Assembly: GCF_030684315.1 (NCBI RefSeq)
Contig: NC_081357.1
Coordinates: 126,618,808-126,682,807, forward strand
From: Stegostoma tigrinum
Taxonomy: Eukaryota
Direction of reading: 5' to 3'
Length of the DNA: 64,000 bases
The notes under the pieces are model-generated. The model saw only the letters and a program-made list of their open reading frames with translations. It was not told where the DNA came from and ran no database searches. Positions 50,529-62,982 of this stretch are shown piece by piece. Position numbers and translations under genes: made by a program. Within the stretch, counting starts at the first letter, position 1, and each line of letters opens with the position of its first letter.

Positions 50529-51669
50529 ACCACCTGGGAAGTGACTGAAGATTGTATATGTAGCAATGCTGCCTTGAAAGTTTACAAAGTTCTTATCTGG
50601 TATCAGCTATTTGCCAAGGGCTTGCTCCTGGCTGGCTTGGGAAGCCAACACATTCCAACCAAAAATAATGACCCATAGCCCAGGACGTTGACAAAGATGT
50701 GAAAATATTTTTGCTTAAACTTTACTAATTAAATAGCGGTCCTTTACTGGCGTTGAAGTAGAAACACAATTATAAGAAAGCCTGAAGAGAAATGTACATT
50801 CAAAGGGCAATATAGTTGGTGCATTCGAAGGTATTCGAAGGTGTGTTAAATCTTGAATTCTTGCATCCAAAATGATGCTACTTTTAGTTGCCATGTTTTT
50901 TAAACAAAATTCAGAAAGGTAAATATAAAAGTGAGTTTGGATTTTATCTGTTTTCTGGATGTGGACAATGCTAGCAAAGTTATGTATTGTGGCCAAACCC
51001 ATTGATTTGTGCAAGCTTTTAACAGATGGAACAATCCATCACTTCTCCAACAAGGTCAATTTCCACATCCCTCAAATAATCTGATTCAATGGAATTTTAA
51101 CCCACTCGGGCCTAGCTCTTACATACATTGTATGGATTTTATGCCTGTGCAAGAGCATAGTACACAAGCCATACCCACTGCTATAGATCTTCACTGGAAA
51201 CTTAGTAGCAATAGGGCACATTTGGGTTGCCTGTCCCTTGGGTCATTTGAGGCCTGTAAATATCCAATTCGTGGTCACTGGAGGACCTCCTCATTATTGC
51301 TGGTGGCATTTTACCAGTGGCATGGATGTCCAGACTATTGGCAAGGCTGCCAACCTGGCAATCTCACTAAGGGGTCACCAGACTTCAATCAGCCCAATGG
51401 AAGTTCTTCACTCCCCCCCCTACCCGAGCCACCTACCACTACACATAAAGACACTCAATGATGGCTGCCATCCTTGGTTCTCTCCCTCAAAATCCTGGCT
51501 CTCCATTTGCAGCTTCTGCACACCCTTCATGTCACTTACACTGCATTCTGGCCTAGAGGGGCCAACTGGCTACAATTCTGGCAGTGCCCCATGTTCCTGG
51601 AGGTGCTGCAGTGACTTCAATGACCAGTAGCTATCATTAGTCGGTAGTTCTCAGAGTTGGAACATCCTC

Positions 51670-51770
51670 TCAGAGTTCTTCATCAGCTAACCTATACCAG
51701 ACTCAAAACATTAACTCTGTTTCTCTCTCCATAGATGCTGACAGACCTGTTGAGTTTCTCCTGCACTTTC
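51670..51770 (+). mobile_element. Decayed hammerhead pLTR fragment (family B/D)
   Basis: ccagactcaaaacattaactctgtttctctctccatagatgctgacagacctg. Confidence 0.6.
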
Positions 51771-51834
51771 AGGAATATTGTTATGTGGACTACTGTTTAC
51801 CAAAGAGAGTTCCAATTTCCTAACACCTTTTATG

Positions 51835-52205
51835 TCATAGAATCAAAGAGTCATCCAGTATAGGAGTGGTCCTTCAGCCCATCAAGTCTGTACTGCCAAA
51901 GGTATACTGCTACCTACTCTAGTCCCACTTCCCCATACTAGGCCCATGGTTTTGAATGTTATGACAATTCACATGGTGAAACAAATATTTTTTAACGGTT
52001 CTGAGGTTTCCTACCTCAATTATCCTCCCAGGCAGCGCATTCCAGATTCCCACCATCTTCAGGGTGAAAAAAAAAGTTTCCTCTAAACTTCTTGTTCTTC
52101 ACTTTAAAATTATGCCCCCTTGTTATTCACCCTTCAACTGAGGGTATCAGGCGCTTTCTATTCACCCTGTCCATGCACCTCTTAATCTTGTACACATCTG
52201 TAGAA
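51835..52205 (-). mobile_element. CR1 3' fragment
   Basis: gtcatagaatcaaagagtcat tail; ORF2 end remnants. Confidence 0.7.
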
Positions 52206-52319
52206 ATGTTCTTCGCTGTATTCCAGAAAGTTCTTGTTCCAATGTTTAGCTTTGACTCTCCCTCTCATCCCAGGCTTCCAAGCCAGCAGAAATCTTTTCT
52301 CCGTATGTACTTTTCCTTA

Positions 52320-52705
52320 ATATCTTGAAATAACCCGATATCCATCACACAAACCAGGCTTCCATCTACTGGCTACCTCTGGACTTCCCACTGCATTGGG
52401 AAATCAGCCAACATAATCAAAGACCCCTCCCACCCTGGCTTTGCTCCCTTCCACCCTCTTCTGTTGAGCAGAACATGTAATACCGACAGATTCAAGAACA
52501 GCTTCTTCCCTGCTGTTCTCAGACTTTGGATCAAATGTTAATGTTAATCTTTCTTTCTGCACCTTTCCCATGGCTTTAACACTGTACTCTGCACTCTGTC
52601 CTGCTTCCCTGATGCACCTTGTATGGCACCATCTGCCTGTAGTGCTCACAAATCAACATTTTACACTGTGTCGCGGTACATGTGACAACAATAAATCAAA
52701 CAAAC
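52320..52705 (+). mobile_element. Rex1/Babar LINE 3' end
   Basis: SANIIKDPSHPG..F.PL.. and TDRFKNSFFPAVLRL; tail gtacatgtgacaacaataaatcaaac. Confidence 0.85.
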
Positions 52706-54323
52706 TAACCTGCAAAATTTCAGTGAGTGCAACTTTAGTTTATACATTTCTCTTTGTAATTTAACCTTTGGGGTCCTGGTATAATTTGACTAAAGTTTTC
52801 CTGCACTCCTTCTAAGACCAACAACTCCTTCTGAAAATTATTCCCTCATGGTTACTTCCATCACCTCAGCAAATAATTTAATCATGTTCATCAGGTCTGA
52901 GCTACAAATTGCCTCAGCTGAAACATTCAAAGTTTACAGTTATTCTACTCTTCATGAGAGGGCTAAATTCTTGCTGCCCACCCCCACACCATCATTCTCA
53001 AGAGTGGGATTCAAAGTGGCAGCTGGCTTAGAGATTGACTGGCTCAGGAAGAGTGCCAATTTCAGGTTGCCAGTACTGGCCCCAGCAATTTTCACCAAAG
53101 CAGGGAAAGTGTGGGCCTAGCATCGAATTCCCCTTCCTATTGAGGCCAACTAAATTAGTTAAATAAAAACTCAATACGAGATTTTTGGAGGAGGAGAATA
53201 GGTTATCTATAAGGCGTATGGGTTATGACAAATCCCTATGTTTGGCAGGACTTGAGCCTGGACCTTCTAGCACAGAGTTTGGATCACAACAACCCCCCAA
53301 CAAGAGCTCTTTCTGTGAAGCCTTTAGAAGTTGCTGGTAATGACTCCTGATTCCATCTTTGTTAGTTGCCTAATGGTGCACGACCATATATCTAATAGTG
53401 GTCGTCAGTGTTTCAAATTGACAAACATGACCAAGAATCTGGATTTAGGTGAGGCTGGCTTCGCTACGATGAGACTGCCTGCATAGCTGTCCAAACCAAG
53501 AATGAGGTTGGCAAGGCCAAGTTGGGCTGTTCTTTATTAGTCAAGCCATTTGATACCTTATTAAGATATTGTTGCTATTTTAAATATGCACACAATTGGT
53601 TGAGATGAACATTTCAGTATGGTTGATACAAATATAGTTTATGTCATTTGTGTGCTCCTTAATCTATATGTTACAATTTGTATATAATACAAAGCTGGTT
53701 CATAAACATGATCTTATCTTTTCTATGAATCTGATCATGCTTTTCTGTTGATATTTTGATAGTTGTAGGCTCTGACCACCAGGTGGCTCTGTGGGCAAGT
53801 TTCTGAGGTCCCCCAAACTCTTTTGCTATCTTATAATTGAAAAAAATCACATCCAACAATTAACCATGTGCAATAACGCAGATGATTGAAATGACCTTAA
53901 ATTGTGATAATAAATAAGTACGTGTGTTTAAAAAATAGTTTCAAAGAAACGTATATCCTTACTATCTCCAATCTGTATAGAAGATTCTTCATCAGGTATT
54001 GAAATATCCCTGTACTGTGTTTGATGAACAGAATTTCAACAAAACAGTGATAATAAAGCTATTTTTTGATAGGGCAGGAAACATCAAAATGAGTGTAGAA
54101 ATGAAAATCTATGTAAAAAAGTAACAATTCTGTGATTAACATGTCACTGATCTATACTTAAGTATCTCCGAATTTTGATATCATACAAAAAATTGATTAA
54201 TGAACCTTAGTAAAGGACAGGGGGTACTGACTTGTGAAAATCCAACAATTAGAAATTCATGTAAATTACACAGCAGTAGAAGATTGTTGAGTGCATGTTA
54301 TTTCAAGCTTGATATGAGGGAGG

Positions 54324-54956
54324 TGTGATGACGCTGTCGCATTAAGAGGTTATTTTGTCCTGGTTTTTTTTGTAAGGCAGCGGTATAAAAAAAGGTCTAC
54401 TGAGAGCCACTTAAATAAACAGCTTGGGAGGCCTTGGGTTTTATTTTAATATAGCCTGAATGAATTCAGCCAGTTCTCACAGATCAGGATTGCTAGTTTT
54501 TTTTCTGGTTTTTCAATTTAAGCAGAAGCTATTAGAGTCTCAACAGAGTTGGAAACTTCAGTGCATGTCTCCTGGCTGCTACTCTCTCTAAATTTTCCTT
54601 TGACGTTTTTCCCTCTTAGATGGGAGAACTGCATGTGAAAATCTGTGCCTGAATGTTTCTTTTTGCTACGGTGTATATTAATGGGATGTTATTATAATAG
54701 AACAGTTAATTACTAATAGTATTGCATCTATTATCCCGTTGAGTTTTCCAACAGAATTAAGTTATTCCAAATTCTTTCTTCTTTGGTTGTATTTTAATTA
54801 TAATGTTTAAATAAGTTATATCTTGCTTAAGTTCGAATAGTTTTGACCAGTTGCATTGCATCAGGAAGAGGCACTTCACATTTGCTTTTAAAATAAGAAA
54901 ATGTTAGGATCTAGGCTACTTTCTTAAAACGTTTTGAGAGGGTCTGATCTGCAACA
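54324..54956 (+). mobile_element. Solo LTR (Gypsy/ERV-like)
   Basis: Starts TGTGAT, ends CAACA; 4-bp TSD GAGG (54320-54323, 54957-54960); TATA-like tataaaa near 54385; strand tentative. Confidence 0.7.
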
Positions 54957-55652
54957 GAGGGGAAAGAAATAATGTCCCTTTAAAGGGCAACTGTCTTATC
55001 TCTGCTTTTTATTTATTTATTATGAATTAACTGAAGAGCTCACTGTCACAAATTTAAAATGTGTATCTTTAGACAGAGTCTGCACGTCAGAGGGCATAAT
55101 GCTAGTGGAAGCTAGAAAGTTGCAAATAAATCTCCAAAGATCCAGGAATAAATTACATAATTTAATAAGTATCTAGGACTGATAAAATCAGATTAAACAA
55201 AATAAATGCTAACTGCAGATGGTAATGGTTTAACTACAATTTCTGGCTGAATAATTCACTAGGAACTGATTTGTAGTTTCTCCCATAATATTCCCTACAG
55301 TCACTCAATGACGTTTATTCAAGATGGGTTCTGAGCATCCAGCTCAGTCCTGATACGGCACATCTTTTTGCATGGCCACCTGATTGATCTTTATTTGCGG
55401 TATCCTTTTTCTATCTGTTTTGGTTCTTCCGTGTGAACCAATTGGGGGTGCGATGTAGACCTGACTAGATTTTTTTCTCAATTCTGGCCTCCAAATTTTT
55501 TGCGCATCGAGACTATGCTTTGTGCACTGGACTACGTGAGAAACTGGTCTGATCTGCCACTCTGTTGTTTAGAATGTTGATCAGCTTCCAGCAGATGCTC
55601 ACCCTTATTGATGTTCCCTGCCAAAACTGGAACTGAACTATTATAGTGGCTT

Positions 55653-55871
55653 GAGTGAGGTAGTAGGAACTGCTGATGCTTGAGAATCTGAGATAACACG
55701 GTATAAAGCTGGATGAACACAGCAGGCCAAGCAGAATCAGAGGGGCAGGAAAGTTGACATTTTGGGTAGAGACCCTTCTTCTAAGGAAGGCTCTTGACCT
55801 GAAACGTCAACTTTCCTGCTCCTCTGATGCTGCTTGGCCTGCTGTGTTCATCCAGTCTCACTCCGTGTTAT
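55653..55871. mobile_element. Palindromic family A element
   Basis: 15-bp TSD ctattata(g/c)tggctt (55638-55652, 55872-55886); inverted arms meeting at the hammerhead. Confidence 0.9.
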
Positions 55872-56057
55872 CTATTATACTGGCTTTACTGCTTTAACTC
55901 CTATCTGACAGCTGGCTCAAAAAAGAAAACACACTAATGTAAACTAAAAGCAAAAATTTCTGGAAAAAACCAGCAAGGCAGGCAATATTGGTAAAGTGAA
56001 GATCAAAGTTAGTGAGTAGGGTTTTAGAAGACTCTGCTGTTGGTGAGCACAGAGGTC

Positions 56058-56660
56058 ATAAATCACATGACACCAGATTATGATCCAACAGGTACATTTG
56101 AAAACACAAGCTTTCAGATCCTTGCTCCTTCTTCAGGCATTAGTGAGGTGGTGTCAAACATAGAACTTATAAATAAAGGATCAAAATTTCACACCACTGA
56201 TGAGGATGTATTAAAGAAACCTAAGCTACTGTTAAGTCATTAATCAGTTAGAAGGTTGTAATTGATTAATATGTGTATGTAAATCCCTAAATTTCTTTCA
56301 AATCACTGCCCTGAGAGAACTAAAGGCTTTATCTATGTAAAGAAGAGGTGACATTTTAGGTCAGACAATGCATTTTAGGAATGAGGCCTTTTTTAGAATC
56401 TGTTTGTGTTCTGGTTTCAAGTCAGACTGGTTTTATTTATAAAGTAGGAATTTATAAAATGCCATGTTGGCTGACTGTCTGTAAATTGCGTGCTTTCTGA
56501 ATAAAATAGAATGTATCTGCAAGTACAAGTTCACCTCATAGATACATATGCGCACATGTGTGTCTGTGTATGTGTGTGTGTAGGCAAGTGAGAATGAGTC
56601 TGGGTGTGTGTGCGTGTGAGTGTGTGTGCGTGTGTGCGTGCGCGTGTATTTGTGTGAGAA
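56058..56660 (-). mobile_element. Penelope-like 3' UTR/pLTR, family C, with (CA)n tract
   Basis: Minus strand CTGAAGA-aggagcaaggatct-GAAAGCTT at 56136-56108; imperfect (TG)n at 56556-56656. Confidence 0.7.
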
Positions 56661-57019
56661 CAGAGACATTTAAACTTGGAATTCCTTGCTGCTGCCTGTC
56701 ACAATGGCACATATTCCTGCTTCCAAAACAGTTACAAGGAGGTAAGATCGTAATTAAAGTGTCCACCTATCCGCAAGAATTGGGTAAATAATGGAGGTCA
56801 TGCTAGGACATTATAGATGAAACCACTCTTATGCTGACGCTCATTTTACAGATAGCAGACAGCAATGGCTGACAAAAGGCCAGCAAGATGCAGTGGTCAC
56901 CTTTAACAATGGCCAATATTATTGAATTCTGAATGACCACATGCTCCCCTGCAGAGAGGTCGTGCCTCTCCACAAAGAGTGGAATGGCAGCTGTGACCAT
57001 TTTGCATTCTTAAAGATTT

Positions 57020-57125
57020 TAGAGTTAGAATTAGATTTATTGTCGCATGTACTCAAGTACAGAGATACTTGAGTGCAGTGAGAAATGTCTAATGTTGTCG
57101 TTTCTTGCAACATCTTAGGTAACAA
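57020..57125 (-). mobile_element. Rex1-like-tailed element 3' end
   Basis: agaattagatttattgtcgcatgtac plus hairpin actcaagta/tacttgagt. Confidence 0.6.
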
Positions 57126-57159
57126 AGCAGTAAGAGGGAGCCTCCAATGTTGAGTTAGG

Positions 57160-57270
57160 ACTCTTCATCAAGTCAATTTTCCTGCTCCTTTGATGTTGCC
57201 TGGCCTGTTGTGTTCCTCCAAATCCTCACCGTGTTGCCTCTGACTTCAGCATCTGCAGTTCTTACTCTTC
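57160..57270 (+). mobile_element. Family A pLTR fragment
   Basis: ttcctgctcctttgatgttgcctggcctgttgtgttc...cagcatctgcagttc. Confidence 0.75.
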
Positions 57271-58199
57271 AGTACTTTCTCACTCCCTCTTACCTACTTC
57301 AACAGGCTGCAGCTTTCTCACTGCTTGAGGGCTTTCTATTGGCTCTTCATCCTTGCAAAGCCACCCTTGGTTGGATGGTGGACATGCCCTTTGGCCACTA
57401 ATCCCGCAAACCCGCAAAAGTCACATTGAGAATGTCATACCCAAAGCTCTAAAACAAAACTTCTGCTCACTCTGTGAGGTCAGTGAACTTTTGCCAAGGC
57501 TGGACAATGCTAGAGATGTGATATGTTTTAAGTAAGTGCAAGAAAAGTCCAGGGGTCAAACACAGAACAAAGAGAAAGACTGTGATGTAGTGGAAGGTAG
57601 GAAATGACTAACAGACTGGCAGTACAAAATGAAATTAAGTAGCAAATGGGACATGAAAAACAGCAGAAGTTGAATTGATTGGAGGTGTAAGTAGAACAAG
57701 AAAATTCAAGCTGATTAAAAACAATTGTGCCACTTAAAATAACATCTTTTCTCTCTATCTCTCCTAGGGCCTGTGTTTACACTTCTTTATTTCTCCTATT
57801 GCAGGCATGTTGCTCTTCAAAATCCCAACATCCAAATCCACAACTTGTTCAGCTTTCCTAATCTCGTGCCATTGTCTGAAGCACAACTCTTTCATAGATA
57901 AGCTCGTAGCTTTCTCTTGTGCCTTTTTATGGCATTCACTGAAAGTTGTATCGAGGCACTAATCACTGCTTGCTTATCAACAATATTCCTTCTTGGGCCA
58001 GCCACCACCGCCACAATCATCATCTTCCTCTAGGATGCCCGTTTAATTGTGAATACTCCCCTTGTTACGCAAAGGTTCACTCATGGGCTCTGTGGGAACC
58101 TGGATGGGATGGGACATAATTAGATTATGAGGAGTTATTTTAAATATGATTAATAATTTAGACATCGTTTCGAGCTAATCCTTGTTTTCACCGGCAGTA

Positions 58200-58560
58200 C
58201 CAGGAACTCCCTTATTCAAGAAGAGAGAGAGACAGAAAGAAGGAAACTATTGGTCAGTTCGCTTGATGCTTGCTGTGGAGAAGATGTTGGGTTTGATATT
58301 GATTTCTGGAATGAGCAGGTGGTCATGTGTGGAAAAGTTGGACAAATTGTGCTTATTTTCACAGGAGCTTAGAAGGGTGAAGGATGATTTCTTTGAAGTC
58401 TATAAGATCTTGTATAGTCTTGGTATGATGAATGTGGAAATCATGTTTCATTTTGTGGGTAAGTCGAAATCTAAGGGCACTGAGTTAAAATTAAGGGGTC
58501 ACCTCTTTAGGTCAGAAAAGAACATTTTTCTCTTGGCTGGTGGTGCAACTTAAGACCTTT
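58200..58560 (+). mobile_element. Degenerate CR1 fragments
   Basis: PLFKK...GNYWSVRL and LFS.ELRRVKDDFFEVYKI. Confidence 0.75.
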
Positions 58561-59520
58561 CTGCCTTAACAAAATATTGTTAAAAGCAGAGGGGAAAGTG
58601 CAATTAGAAAACACATCAGCCACGATGCTATTGAATGGCAGACTCAGTTTGACGATTCCAATTGCTTTCTTCATTCTGAATTTACTTGTTCCATTGGACA
58701 TACTTCTGTTACTGAGCCAACAGAACTGGCAAAGTAAAGTAATTTTAAAGTTATTTTGGGCTTGATTGGCTTGGCTCTCTCTCCTTGCATTTATATGTTT
58801 TGTTGATTGCACATTGTTAATTTTCTGTTTTCAAATTCACAGTGATTTTATCATTGGAACTTTAACTTTTGTTTTTCTTAATGTTCTTAATACATTCACT
58901 TAATACATGCTGCCTTTGTTCATGATCTGTTGCTCCTTTCCGAATATGTAATTTTCAACTAATCCTGTATCAATGTGACACAGAAATTGCAGAAAAGTGA
59001 TGACTGAAACACAAAGTACAAATTAGTTGTCATGTTTAACGGTATATCACGGGCAGATTTAGCACAATATCGATCATGGTGTGCCAGAAAATACACACTT
59101 TTATAGCAACAGAATTTATTTAATGTACATCAGGTTCACCAACAAGGGGCCTGATTCATCCACATTTGGATTTTATGATCAGGCATTTTAGGATCTTTAA
59201 GAGAGCTTTGGAAATTAATTCTGTGAAACTGTTCATTAATTTTTGAAACCATAAATAAGTAGCGATTAAATTATCAATATTTCTTTCCCATTTGTAAAAC
59301 ATTCATACTTTTTTAAAAAGTTGGCAATATATTGCAAGATGATATGCAAAATGCAGTATTTCATGAGCAGTGCTTGATATATATAGCAATAATAGAGAAG
59401 AGTGGTGTTAAGATGCAGTCTTGGGAGTTGACAACACACTGAGTATAAAAAGGTAACAATTAAAAGCAGCAACAGGCCATAATAGCCTGCTCTGCCGTTC
59501 AAAACAATGTTCTTCAACCC

Positions 59521-59878
59521 TGGCACAGTGGCTCAGTGGTTTGCACTGCTGCCTCACAGCACCTGGGATCTGGGTTCAATTTCGCCCTCAGGTGACTGTC
59601 TGAGGGGAGTTTGTATGTTGTCCCCGTGTCTGTGTGGGTTTCCTCTGGGTGCTCCAGTTTCCTCCTGCAGTCTAAAGATGTGCACTTTAGGTGGATTGGT
59701 CCTGCTAAATTGCCCGTAGTGCCTGGGGATGTGTAGGTAGGTGAGTTCGCTATGGGGAATGAAAGGTTACAGGGATAGGGTAGGGCTGTGGGTCCAGATG
59801 GGACACGCTTCAGAGAGTCGATGTGGACTCAATGGGCTGAATGGCCTGCTTCCACAATGTAGGGATTCTATGATTCAA
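59521..59878 (+). mobile_element. HE1-like V-SINE, full length
   Basis: tggcacagtggctcagtgg head, V-domain, tail gggattctatgattc. Confidence 0.9.
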
Positions 59879-60589
59879 CTGAAGTTTCCCACCTTCTTCT
59901 CACATCCCTAAAACGCTAGAAAGCTATCTTTTCCATCCTTAAATGTACTCAGTGTTGGATTATCCTCAAACCTGTGGTTACCCCACAGGGTTGTGGATAC
60001 TCTGGTTAATGATCTGAGTGGGTAAATTGCATCATGAACATATGAATGGGGTAAACCTCTTGAGGTTTTTGTGAGGATATCACTGGCAGAGCAGATAAGA
60101 GGTAATGAGTGAATGTGACCTAGTTGGGTTTTTTGAATGGAGTGGGGAGGTCCTTCTTAATACGCCATGGGAGTTACAAGAAGAGTGATGTTTTGCTGCT
60201 ATATCCAATTATTTGTGTGTGGGATTCTCACTTCCCATATGGCTGTTGGCCTTCCCACTATTGCGTCCACTTTGGTATTTTGGAAAATTGTCCTTGGGCA
60301 TTTAATTGTTTAAAAAGGCTCCTAGCCTCTATTTCAGAGGCAATTCACCACAGGTCCCGCTGCTATTCTGATATAGCTCGCTATTCCTGCACCTCTCCCC
60401 AAGCATCCCCTGCCCCCTATCTCCCAAGCTGGCAGCTAAGGTTGGGAAAATCCCACTCTACGTCCTTGTAGTGGTTGTGAGGTGTCAACTATTTATCTCT
60501 ATTTATGCTCCCAGCTCATCTATTTTACTACAATTATTTTGTGCAAATTTAGATCATTTTGGTTCTTTTTATTGTTATTTTTACATGGA

Positions 60590-61280
60590 TATTATGCATA
60601 AGTAAAAGAGACATAAAGTTATCTCGGATGAACCCTGGTATGGAGGGGATGTCTAATGATTAAAAATTTTAAAAATTGTGACCCTACACATTGGAGTTTG
60701 AATTATTGATTGATTTATTGTCACGTGTACTGTAATACAGTAAAAATCTTTGTTTACAATGATACAGGCAGGTCATAGTAAGCAAAAATGTGGAGATCAA
60801 AAAGACTTAGACAGTGGCATACAGGTTACATTGTACAGGGCGTGCACGCGGAGAGATCAATATTAGCAAGATTTAGAAGACTGAAAGATGATCTCATTGA
60901 AACATTTAGGATTTTTAAAGGGCTCAACAGGGTATATGTTGAGGGGACATTTCCCCTCGTGAGAGAGTCTAGGATCAGGGGGCAGAGTCTCAGAATAAAG
61001 AGGTGTCAATTTAAGACTGAGATGAGGAGGAATTTCCACGCTTGGAGGATTGTGTGTCTTTGGAACTCCTTGCCACAGAGAGCTGTGAGGCAGAGTCCTT
61101 CTATACATTTAAACTGATATAGATAGATTCCTGATCCATCAGGGAAATCAGAGTTGTGGGAAAATTGAGGAAAGTGGGCGTGAGGAATGTTAGATAAGCC
61201 ATGATCCTATTGATTGCTGGAGCAGGGTCAAGGGGCTGAACAGTCTACTCCTGTTCCTATCACTAATGGCCTTATGGTTT
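60590..61280 (+). mobile_element. CR1 3' fragment interrupted at about 60700-60868 by a minus-strand Rex1-type tail
   Basis: FRRLKDDLIETFRIFKG...LWNSLPQ; insert begins attgattgatttattgtcacgtgtac. Confidence 0.8.
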
Positions 61281-62193
61281 TATTGTGTGGGAAGGTACAT
61301 TCTGACAACTGAAAACATTAATTTTCAAGGTTCTTTATTTTAAAAGAAAATCAGAAAACATTGCATTCAACATTTGTGATTGGGTTTCTCGCTGTTAGTT
61401 TGGTTTCTACTAATCTTTCTCTTGGTTGTAAATAATCAAAATGTTCATTTTAAATTAACAAAATAAAAATTAATGTTGGTTTTCAGTACACATGACAATC
61501 AATCAATTAACCAAAAACATGCCCTTTCAGTTTGTCTGAGATTTCTCTCTTTGAGAAAAGAGTTAGCTTCAGTCAACATAAGAAAACCTGTGGGGCTTTT
61601 TTACTGTTATAGTTAATGGGCTTGTTAGATCTTTAGATTTTAGAACAAAACTGGGTGGTAAGATTGGGCACAAATTTCACTGAGTTAGTTTAAATTCAAC
61701 CAATTAATTTGTGTTCATAGAAAATTGAATGTTCCATTAAAGGTCCATAGTCCTTCCCATGTATTTGATCTCTTTTCACCAAACTTGAAAATCCAATATT
61801 CCCAAACAATAACAGAAAGATTTGCTACTTTAGAAAGAAATCCATCGTCAGTTTTGTTTCTTTGTCTTTACCATTTAGCTTAGCACATTTTCTGTAAAGC
61901 TCATAAATAGTTTTTGTTCAAAAAATATGTTTGAAACATTTAAAAATATATTTGAAACTTCACATGGTTATCTCGTTTGTATTCTTATCATTTTCAAAAA
62001 TGTGTTGAATGCGTTATTGTTTTGGCTGTAATTTAACTTTTCTAAATAAAAGATAAACAATGAACAACTTTCAGTTTAAAAAATGAAAACTCGAAAATAT
62101 TTAATGCAAGGGTTTGAAACATGATTCCTTTGTTTGTTCTTTCACAGCCTCTCTGTACTAAGAATGCTGACCGAACTTGACTGGAATGGGGTT

Positions 62194-62271
62194 TTAACAA
62201 TATTTTCTTCGTATTTCCTTTAAATCTTCTTCAATCATTTTGAAAAACAACACTTCAGGCCTTGATGTGAG
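62194..62271 (-). CDS. Candidate terminal coding exon of an unidentified host gene (LTSRPEVLFFKMIEEDLKEIRRKYC*)
   Basis: Minus strand: branch-like ctaat, pyrimidine tract tttctcttcAG acceptor, 25 codons + TAA, then non-repetitive AT-rich UTR-like DNA; no homolog recognised. Confidence 0.4.
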   Translation of the reverse strand, partial: LTSRPEVLFFKMIEEDLKEIRRKYC

Positions 62272-62982
62272 CTGAAGAGAAATATATTAGCAACAGGATT
62301 GACTGATAGCATTGTGAGATATTGAACAGAATCTACCTTCATTGAGAACAGAAACATATTCCTCGAAAAAGGCATTGAATCTAAACTCAAACAATTGAGA
62401 TAAGTTGAAACTGTTGAGGAAAACTAAATGACTAAGACAACAACTTAATGAGTACATTAAACTCATTATTGTGTTTATTCAAGAAATACCAGTAATGACC
62501 AGCTCTCCCTGCTCACACTCAAGAGTTTTCTATTGATTCTGTATACACCAAATGATCAGTAACAAGACTGGAAATAATAAGTTTAGTTTCTTTATTGATT
62601 TTTCATAGAAATTGTATTCATTAAATAGGGTTAAATCCATTTACATTATACCAATGCATTATTGTGAAACGATTCTTTTTATGCTACTGTTTAATTTGGT
62701 GCGAAAAGAACTTTACAAGGATGTTACCGAGACTGGCAGGGAGAGGCTGGGCAGGCTGGGATATTTTTCACCAGAGTGTAGGAGGCAGAGAGCTGATAGT
62801 ATTGTCCAGAAGTATATCTCCTTTCCTTCATTTTCACCAGGTCAAATTCCAGGAACTCCTTCCCCAACAGCAATGTGGCTATGCCTACATCTGGTGGAGT
62901 GTAGCAATTTGAGAAAGTAGCCACTGTGCCTGTGTTGCTAAGACCACAAGAAAGAATATTAAGAAACAATGATTGTAGTCTG

